Assembly (NCBI GenBank): GCA_041494685.1
Contig: JBGQBE010000006.1
Span: 16,064-80,063, forward strand
From: Dehalococcoidia bacterium
Lineage (GTDB): Bacteria; Chloroflexota; Dehalococcoidia; DSTF01; JACRBR01
DNA length: 64,000 nucleotides
Reading direction: 5' to 3'
Position numbers and translations under genes: made by a program. Below are positions 58,201-64,000 of this stretch, piece by piece. The notes below the pieces were generated by a model, which saw nothing but the letters and a program-made list of their open reading frames with translations, made no database searches and had not been told where the DNA came from. Every line of letters starts with the position of its first letter. Position 1 is the first letter of the stretch.

Positions 58201-58409
58201 CGCTGCGGATCACGGTCAACGGGAAAGATCGCGAGATCGAGGCGGAAGTCGCGCTGCCAGACTTCCTGCGCGCGCACGACATCAACCCGCGCCTGGTGGC
58301 CGTCGCGATCAACGGCGAGGTCATCCCGAAGGACCAGTACGCCGGCATCACCGTGCGCGACGGCGACGCGCTGGAGATCGTGCGCATGGTCGGCGGCGGC
58401 GCGTCGTGA
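58197..58409 (+). CDS. thiS: sulfur-carrier protein ThiS (C-terminal ...VGGGAS)
   Basis: (M)[23 protein letters not shown]...; GTG start overlapping the thiE stop (GTGA); track start 58167 is in frame. Confidence 0.75.
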   Translation: MTLRITVNGKDREIEAEVALPDFLRAHDINPRLVAVAINGEVIPKDQYAGITVRDGDALEIVRMVGGGAS

Positions 58410-59512
58410 GCGACGTCGTCGTCATCGGCGGCGGCATCGTCGGCTGCGCGTGCGCGTACGAGCTGGCGAAGGGCGGCGCGCGCGTGACGTTGCTGGAGTA
58501 CGGCAAGACCGGCATGCAGGCGACGAATGCCGCGGCCGGGATGCTGGCGCCGCTGATCGAGGCGGACGGCGTGGGGCCGATGCTGCGGTTCGGCGCGCAG
58601 GCGCTGCGCGAGTACGCGGACGGCGTCGCGGAGGTGGAGCGCGCGTGCGGCTTCGACGTCGAGTACCGCCCGCACGGCATCCTGAAGGCCGCGTTCGACG
58701 AAGCCGGCGCGGACAGGCTGCGCCGGCGTTTCGCGTGGCAGCGCACGCAGGGGTTTCCGATCGAGTGGCTGGACCGCGATCTTTGCCGCGAGCTGGAGCC
58801 TCGGCTGAGCCCGCGCGTCGCCGCCGGCGTGTTCTCGGCGTCCGAGGGATCGGTCAGCAACCAGCTGCTGGCGCTCGGGCTGGAGCGCGCGGCGGGCGCG
58901 CTGGGCGCTGATATCCGCGACCGCACGCCCGTCACCGGCTTCCGGACGCGCGCCGGGCGCGTCACGGCCGTGCGATCGGGCCACGCCGAGTTCGCGTGCG
59001 ACGCGGTGGTGCTGGCGGCGGGCGCGCGATCGGGCCAGATCGCCGCGAAGCTGCCCGCGCGCGTGCCGGTGCGGCCGGTGCGCGGACAGATGATCGCGCT
59101 GGGCGGCATGAGCGCGCCGATCCGGCACATCGTCTGGGGGCCGGACGGCTACCTGGTACCGCGCGCCAACGGCCTGGTATTCGCCGGCGCGACGGTGGAG
59201 GACGTGGGGTTCCGGCGCCACACCACGAAGGCGGGCCTGCGCCGGTTGCGGTCGATGGCAAACGCCCTGGTGCCGCAGCTCGCGGCGGCGGCGCTGCACT
59301 TCGACTGGGCCGGGCTGCGGCCCGGCACGCCGGACGCGCTGCCGATCATCGGGCCGCTGCCGGAGTGGGAGAACGTGGCGGCGGCGACGGGGCACTACCG
59401 CAACGGCATCCTGCTGGGGCCGCTGACGGGCAGAGTCGTCGTGCGCGGCGTGCTGGAGCGCGACTGGAGCGGCGTGCCTGCCGAGTTCGCGCCGTCGCGG
59501 TTCGGTGCCTGA
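58406..59512 (+). CDS. thiO: glycine oxidase ThiO (FAD-dependent)
   Basis: MSDVVVIGGGIVGCACAYELAKGGARVTLLE; GTG start overlapping the thiS stop. Confidence 0.85.
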   Translation: MSDVVVIGGGIVGCACAYELAKGGARVTLLEYGKTGMQATNAAAGMLAPLIEADGVGPMLRFGAQALREYADGVAEVERACGFDVEYRPHGILKAAFDEAGADRLRRRFAWQRTQGFPIEWLDRDLCRELEPRLSPRVAAGVFSASEGSVSNQLLALGLERAAGALGADIRDRTPVTGFRTRAGRVTAVRSGHAEFACDAVVLAAGARSGQIAAKLPARVPVRPVRGQMIALGGMSAPIRHIVWGPDGYLVPRANGLVFAGATVEDVGFRRHTTKAGLRRLRSMANALVPQLAAAALHFDWAGLRPGTPDALPIIGPLPEWENVAAATGHYRNGILLGPLTGRVVVRGVLERDWSGVPAEFAPSRFGA

Positions 59513-59527
59513 GCGTCACTTCGGACA

Positions 59528-59550
59528 AGCCCCGGCTCCCTGGCGGGGCT
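59528..59550 (+). terminator. hairpin downstream of thiO
   Basis: AGCCCCGgctccctggCGGGGCT; no U-tract. Confidence 0.35.
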
Positions 59551-59603
59551 ATCCAGCGTGGATCACATTCATTACACTGGCCCCGTTCAGGAGGAGGAGA
59601 TCC

Positions 59604-60170
59604 ATGCCAGAGTCCGCGGAAATCGGCATCTTTTTGCACATCCTGGGGGTGTTCGGGCTGGGGGGCGCGACAGCGATCTCGCTGGTCGTGTTCAGTATGG
59701 CGCGCCGGGCGCAGACCACGCAGGAGTTGAGGCACTGGATGGGCCTCGGTGCGCTGCTGGGCAAGTACTACGTGTTCCCGGCCGCAGGACTGTTGTTGCT
59801 GCTCACAGGCGGCTACCTGGTGGACAAGGTACACGAGGACTGGGGCACCGGCTGGATCGGCATATCCGCACTGGCGCTGATCGCGGCGGTAGCCGTCGGC
59901 TTCTTCGTGAACACGCCCCGGATGAAGGCGATCGGCATGGCCGCCGGGCCGGCGCCGGACGGCCCCGTGCCGGGTAACATTACGGCGCTGCTGAACGATC
60001 CTGTGTTGTTCGCCGGCATCCACGGCGCGACGATGGCGTCGATCGCGATCCTGTGGAACATGACGACGCGCCCGGGCGGGCTTGGCGCACTGCTGGCCAT
60101 CGTCGTCCTGGTGGGCATCGGCGTCGGCTCAGCGTATCCGGCGTACCAGCGGCAGCAGGCCCAGGCCTAG
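59604..60170 (+). CDS. integral membrane protein (DUF2269-like; family uncertain), paralogue 1
   Basis: MPESAEIGIFLHILGVFGLGGATAISL...; 4-TM; GGAGGAGGAG RBS; track start 59505 is an extension. Confidence 0.7.
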   Translation: MPESAEIGIFLHILGVFGLGGATAISLVVFSMARRAQTTQELRHWMGLGALLGKYYVFPAAGLLLLLTGGYLVDKVHEDWGTGWIGISALALIAAVAVGFFVNTPRMKAIGMAAGPAPDGPVPGNITALLNDPVLFAGIHGATMASIAILWNMTTRPGGLGALLAIVVLVGIGVGSAYPAYQRQQAQA

Positions 60171-60239
60171 CCGGGCAACGGACGGCAGGGCGCATCCATT
60201 ACACTGCCCCCACTCGCAGCACGTAGGAAGAGGAGAGCC

Positions 60240-60806
60240 ATGCCGGACAGTTGGGAAATCGCGATATTCATCCACGTCGTCGGGGTGTTCGGGTTCGGCG
60301 GAGCCGCCATCACAGAGCTGTTCGCGATGACGATGGCGCGCCGGGCGACGAAGGTTCAGGACGTGCGGCTGTGGTCCGGACTGGGCGTGATAGTCGGGCC
60401 CATCTTCCCGGCGTTGTCGCTGCTGCAGCTGCTGACGGGAGCCTACCTGGTGGACAAGCTCCACTACGAGTTCAGCGACGGCTGGGTCGGCTGGTCAGCG
60501 CTGGCGCTGATCGTCGCGACCATCATCGGCTTCGTGATCAACAAGCAGCGCATCGACGCGATGCACGCGGCGGCCGAAGCGGCGCCGGACGGGCCGCTTA
60601 CGCCTGAGATGGCCGCGCAGGTGATGGACCCGATCCTGTTTGGCAGCATGCACGCGCTGACGCTGACGGTGCTCGGGATCATGTGGAACATGACAACGAA
60701 GCCGGGTGGATTCGAAGCGTTCTGGGTCATCGCGCTGTTTGCCGTCATCGGCGCAGGCTCGGCATACCCGATGATCAAGCGGCAGCAGGAGATCCTCGGC
60801 GGCTGA
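60240..60806 (+). CDS. integral membrane protein, tandem paralogue 2 (~45% identical to 59604..60170)
   Basis: MPDSWEIAIFIHVVGVFGFGGAAITEL...ILWNMTTKPGG...GSAYP...QRQQE shared with paralogue 1. Confidence 0.7.
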   Translation: MPDSWEIAIFIHVVGVFGFGGAAITELFAMTMARRATKVQDVRLWSGLGVIVGPIFPALSLLQLLTGAYLVDKLHYEFSDGWVGWSALALIVATIIGFVINKQRIDAMHAAAEAAPDGPLTPEMAAQVMDPILFGSMHALTLTVLGIMWNMTTKPGGFEAFWVIALFAVIGAGSAYPMIKRQQEILGG

Positions 60807-61004
60807 CGGCGCCGCGGCAGACGACCTGACAGCAGGCAACAGACAACAGAGGACCGCGACCGCGGCAGGGGATCGCGGCTGTGGCCCGCAGCGTCTTTGC
60901 CGGGCGGGCCAAGGGAGTTCCCTGATCCGCCGCCGGCTCCAGCAGGGCGATCATCCTGCGGGTGAACCTCGCAGGATGCGCGGACGCCCGGTTCGCCGGA
61001 GCCG

Positions 61005-62783
61005 ATGGCCTCATTCGCAGCCGCTCTGTCCCGATCGCCGCTCGCGCGCCTCGACGCGCTGCGCCGCTACGCGCCCGCCCTGCTCTTCGCCGCCATCGGC
61101 GTCGAACTGCTGGTGCTGGGCACGTGGCTGCCCGACACGCTGGACGTCTGGTTTCACCCGGACACGACCGGCTACGGCGACTTCCCGGCGTTTTACGGCG
61201 CGGCCAAGCACATCAGCCTGAACGCGACCTACAGCCCCGCGCTCTCGGTGTTGATGCACCCGCTGACGTACTTCAGCCAGCGCGTCGCGTTCCAGATCTA
61301 CTTCGGCGTTAACGTCGCCTCGCTCCTGGGCGTCGCGGCGATCGCGCAATCGGCCGCACGCTCGCTGCCGGCGAAGCTCGCCATCGCGCTCGGCGTGCTG
61401 GCGCTGCCGCAGACGCACTGGGCGTTGCGCGTCGGTCACTTCACGGAGATCCTGTCGCTGGCGGCGCTGGCCGGCCTGCTCGTCTCGGAGCGGAGGCCGG
61501 TGCTGGCGGGACTGCTGCTGGGGATGCTCGCGCTCAAGCCGCAGTACCTGCCGGTGCCGCTGCTCTACCTGGCGTGGTCGCGCAACTGGCGCGCCGTGGC
61601 ATCGTGCGTCGGCATGCTGGCGCTGCTGGCCGTGTTCGGCGTCCTGGGGATGGCGATGAAGGAAGGCCACGACATCATCCCCTACATCGCGCATTACTAC
61701 AGCAGTTCCGTGAGCATCATCGCGTACCACGTGACGTTCGGCCAGCAGAAAGAGATGTACGTGCAGGGGTGGCAGTACTCCTGGTACGGCTTCCTCGTCA
61801 GCATCGGCGCCGAGCCGAACCCGCTGATCGCCGGCGACCTCCTGCTGCTCAGCCTCGGCGCCATGGTCCTCGCGTGGTGGAAGTGCACGCCGTCGGTCGC
61901 GAAGGCGGCGACGGTGCTGGGCATGCTGCTGCTGCAGCCCCATACCACGTTTTACAACTGGAGCATCCTGGCCGCGGGTGCCGCGCTGCTGCTGCGGTCC
62001 GACCTGCGCCCACGTGGCCTCGTGCCGGTGATTGTCGCCGGTCTGGCGCTGGCCGCGGTGGCGACGCAGAACGCCACGCCGTGGCCGATCCCCTACGACC
62101 GCTTCCGCCCGCCGGGCACGCGCGGCTTCTACTGGCTGCAGCCGGCGGCGCTCGCGACGCTGTTCGCGCTGGCGATCGCCGGCGCGCGACAGAATGCGGC
62201 CGCTTCGGACGCATCGGCCACCGTGGAGCGACTTCGGCGCTTCGAGCTGCCGCGCGGCCGCCTCGCGCCAGCGCCCCTCGCGGGCGCGGCGCTTGCGACG
62301 GTCTGCGCGGGATTCCTCGCGGCGGCCTACGTCAGCGGCAGCGGGCCGTTCCGTTCGCCGCAGTTTTTCAACGAAGCGCAGGTCATGCGCGCGCTGCCCG
62401 TAGACTTCCCCGTACCGGCGGAGGCCACCGTCGAACACGCCGGGGCCGGCTCGGTCCTGCCGTACCGCGTCGATTGGCAGACGGACGCCCCGACCAGCGA
62501 CGTAGCCGGCATCCTGCGTGAAAGGCTGGCCGACGGGAGCTGGCGCATCGTGGAGTCGCACGAGGACGGCACGGGGCTGACGCTCCGCACGTCGCGCGGC
62601 GCGAGTCCCGCCGGCGCGCCGATCGTGGCGGACGTGGCGATCACGCCGGAGGGACAGGGGAGCCGCGTGCGGCTCGAATTCACGACACTGCCGACGAGCA
62701 GCGTCCCCGGCTACCAGCGCTGGCTCGAAAGCATCGGCCTCATCGTCCACAACGTCGACCCCGGCGCGGACACCAGCCGCTGA
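61005..62783 (+). CDS. polytopic membrane glycosyltransferase-like protein (GT87/DUF2029-like) with C-terminal extracytoplasmic domain
   Basis: Multi-TM N-terminal 400 aa (...DFPAFYGAAKHISLNATYSP...LALKPQYLPVPLLYLAW...) plus ~190 aa soluble C-domain. Confidence 0.65.
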   Translation: MASFAAALSRSPLARLDALRRYAPALLFAAIGVELLVLGTWLPDTLDVWFHPDTTGYGDFPAFYGAAKHISLNATYSPALSVLMHPLTYFSQRVAFQIYFGVNVASLLGVAAIAQSAARSLPAKLAIALGVLALPQTHWALRVGHFTEILSLAALAGLLVSERRPVLAGLLLGMLALKPQYLPVPLLYLAWSRNWRAVASCVGMLALLAVFGVLGMAMKEGHDIIPYIAHYYSSSVSIIAYHVTFGQQKEMYVQGWQYSWYGFLVSIGAEPNPLIAGDLLLLSLGAMVLAWWKCTPSVAKAATVLGMLLLQPHTTFYNWSILAAGAALLLRSDLRPRGLVPVIVAGLALAAVATQNATPWPIPYDRFRPPGTRGFYWLQPAALATLFALAIAGARQNAAASDASATVERLRRFELPRGRLAPAPLAGAALATVCAGFLAAAYVSGSGPFRSPQFFNEAQVMRALPVDFPVPAEATVEHAGAGSVLPYRVDWQTDAPTSDVAGILRERLADGSWRIVESHEDGTGLTLRTSRGASPAGAPIVADVAITPEGQGSRVRLEFTTLPTSSVPGYQRWLESIGLIVHNVDPGADTSR

Positions 62784-62824
62784 CACGCACAGCCCACGGC
62801 GATCCGGCAGCGCGCGATGCGGCG

Positions 62825-62857
62825 GAAGGCCGGGGCCGTTCCCCGGCCCCGGCCTTC
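62825..62857. terminator. bidirectional GC-rich hairpin between convergent genes
   Basis: GAAGGCCGGGGCCgttccccGGCCCCGGCCTTC. Confidence 0.45.
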
Positions 62858-62877
62858 TCGCGTCCGTCGCGACTGCG

Positions 62878-63501
62878 CTAACGCGCGCGGCGGTGCGCCG
62901 AGCGCCACGACGTGGCAACGGCCGCCGCGACGACGAGCGCTCCCGCGGCGGCCAGCGCCGCAGGCATCCCGCCGAAGCCGATGGCCTCCGCCGCCGACGC
63001 GCCGTCGCCGGTGTTCGGCAGCTTCGCGCCGCCCGTCGTGGCGCCCGCCGCGGGGCCGCCGGTGCCGCGCCGGCCGAGGAAGATGTCCGCCGCGGCCTGC
63101 GCCAGCCCGGGCTCGTTCGGCGCGGCGAAGCTGACGGCCAGCACCGCGTTCTCGTTCCAGTACAGCACCTTGCCGTCGAACTCCTTCGTCGCGGCCTTCG
63201 GCTTCGGGCCGGAGCCGTTCACGGCGCTCCAGTCGTCCAACAGCTTGGCGCGGCTGTCGTAGACGATCAGCTCCACGGCGGCGCTCTGGCCACCCTTGGC
63301 GGCGGTGATCAGCACGCCATCCGCGTGCAGCGACGTGTGCCTGGCCGGCGTGGCGTTGACGGTCACCGTGTTGCCGGCCGACGTCAGCGCCGCCTTGTAC
63401 GCGTCGACGTCCGTGGCCGCCGCCGCGAGCGCAACGCTCGCCAGCACCAACGCGCCCGCGGCCAGCGCCGCGCCCGTGACCAGGGTGATAGTCCGCTTCA
63501 T
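62878..63501 (-). CDS. LPXTG-motif cell-surface protein (sortase substrate)
   Basis: Signal MKRTITLVTGAALAAGALVLASVALAAAATD; C-terminal LPNTG + hydrophobic stretch + RSAHRRAR tail; GGAGGAG RBS; track start 63519 is an alternative. Confidence 0.75.
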   Translation of the reverse strand: MKRTITLVTGAALAAGALVLASVALAAAATDVDAYKAALTSAGNTVTVNATPARHTSLHADGVLITAAKGGQSAAVELIVYDSRAKLLDDWSAVNGSGPKPKAATKEFDGKVLYWNENAVLAVSFAAPNEPGLAQAAADIFLGRRGTGGPAAGATTGGAKLPNTGDGASAAEAIGFGGMPAALAAAGALVVAAAVATSWRSAHRRAR

Positions 63502-63751
63502 GTCGTCTCCTCCGTCCATGTATGTCCGATGTCGTCTGGTTGATCTTCAGCCGTGTGGCGGGCGTCCCCCGCGGTCGTCAGCGCATGTCCCCCTCCGTGC
63601 TCTGTCCCTTGCAGCGGCGAGTATCGCGCGGCTGGCGCAGCCGCTGCCGGACGCGGCGGCTACGCGCGGCCTACGCTTCGTCGACGGAGCCGGACGGGCC
63701 GGGCGGGCGGATGTCGGAGGTCGGAGATCAGGAGGGCGGTCGGTCGGTCGG

Positions 63752-64000
63752 CTATCGCGCGGCGGCGGAGTGGCTGCCGGCCATCAACTCGGCCAGGTCG
63801 TCCGGGCGGAGGAAGGACGCTGGCGGCGGCGGGCCCCACGAGTAGAGCGAGCGCATCCCCTCGAACACCTCCGGCTTCCAGAGCTGGTCGTCCAGGATGA
63901 CGTCCAGGTCGCCGTAGTACTCGCTGAAGTTGCCGGCCGGGTCACGGAAGTACCAGAAGAAGTTGGAGCCGATGGGGTGGCGGCCAAAGCCCCAGACGTG
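63752..64000 (-). CDS. VOC-family (glyoxalase/extradiol dioxygenase-like) protein, C-terminal fragment; N-terminus beyond window
   Basis: Minus-strand translation ...HVWGFGRHPIGSNFFWYFRDPAGNFSEYYGDLDVILDDQLWKPEVFEGMRSLYSWGPPPP... with TAG at 63752..63754; not in ORF track because it runs off the edge. Confidence 0.5.
   Translation of the reverse strand, partial: HVWGFGRHPIGSNFFWYFRDPAGNFSEYYGDLDVILDDQLWKPEVFEGMRSLYSWGPPPPASFLRPDDLAELMAGSHSAAAR

Noticed and set aside
1-64000. CRISPR arrays, tRNA/rRNA genes, transposases/integrases
   Set aside because: No regularly spaced direct repeats with unique spacers, no tRNA-like cloverleaf candidates, and no recognisable transposase/integrase ORFs were found. 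The (CCAGTCT)x4 and KAPA DNA repeats are simple tandem repeats, not CRISPR.

Overview
This is a 64-kb window from a bacterium with a very high-GC chromosome (about 70% GC; the gene content and order are consistent with Chloroflexota/Thermomicrobia but I cannot confirm the lineage from sequence alone). It is gene-dense core chromosome rather than an obvious mobile island.

Main features, in order:
1. 1..1006 (-): the 5' part of a TPP-dependent acetolactate-synthase-like gene; it runs off the window edge, so it is absent from the ORF track.
2. 1290..2351 (+): mreB, sitting alone about 13 kb upstream of the rest of the rod-shape genes.
3. 3213..3878 (-): plsY. Next to it (-) are a very large secreted protein made of six tandem PPC-like (pre-peptidase C-terminal) beta-sandwich repeats (4019..6328) and a secreted lipoprotein (6391..7848).
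4. 7923..9725 (+) recJ; a TolB-like beta-propeller gene of noticeably lower GC (9863..11152 +); two tandem aldo/keto reductases (-).
5. 13242..19492 (-): a minus-strand rod/elongasome operon, mreC-mreD-mrdA(PBP2)-rodA-UPF0104 (LPG-synthase-TM-like) membrane protein-lipoprotein, followed by mogA.
6. 20406..37179 (+): a complete division/cell-wall (dcw) cluster, mraZ-rsmH-ftsL-ftsI-murF-mraY-murD-ftsW-murG-murC-murB-ddl-ftsQ-ftsA-ftsZ, with chains of ATGA/GTGA/TGATG start-stop overlaps and no murE.
7. 37180..37686: an unusually long, structured 507-nt intergenic region.
8. 37687..42272 (+): an nrdR-three small unknown genes-nrdJ (class II B12-dependent ribonucleotide reductase) operon, behind two NrdR boxes laid over a promoter.
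9. 42317..46402 (+): a KAPA-repeat histone-like protein; a structured RNA leader and a ModE-like regulator upstream of a tungstate-type tupABC ABC transporter.
10. 46407..53451: GDPD, yjbQ, a lipoprotein cupredoxin, TldD/PmbA, comF, moaD-moaE, a DinB-like protein, a zinc-ribbon protein and a zinc-ribbon NUDIX hydrolase.
11. 53493..54638 (+): trmD fused to a glyoxalase/VOC domain, preceded by a (CCAGTCT)x4 heptamer repeat; then an SDR.
12. 55495..59512 (+): a TPP riboswitch controlling thiD-small membrane ORF-thiG-thiE-thiS-thiO.
13. 59604..64000: two tandem paralogous membrane proteins with a conserved upstream motif; a GT87/DUF2029-like membrane glycosyltransferase; an LPXTG sortase-substrate protein (-); and a partial VOC-family gene at the 3' edge (-).

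Many long ORFs in the track are antisense, R/S/P-rich shadows of real genes on the other strand and were rejected. No rRNA, tRNA, CRISPR array or transposase was seen. Coordinates of short motifs may be off by 1-2 nt because they were located by eye.

The most candidate-novel items are: the three small unknown genes inside the nrdR-nrdJ operon; the shared CCAGTCT-repeat motif upstream of nrdR and trmD; the TrmD-VOC fusion; the structured leader RNA upstream of the modE-like/tup operon; and the murE-less dcw cluster.
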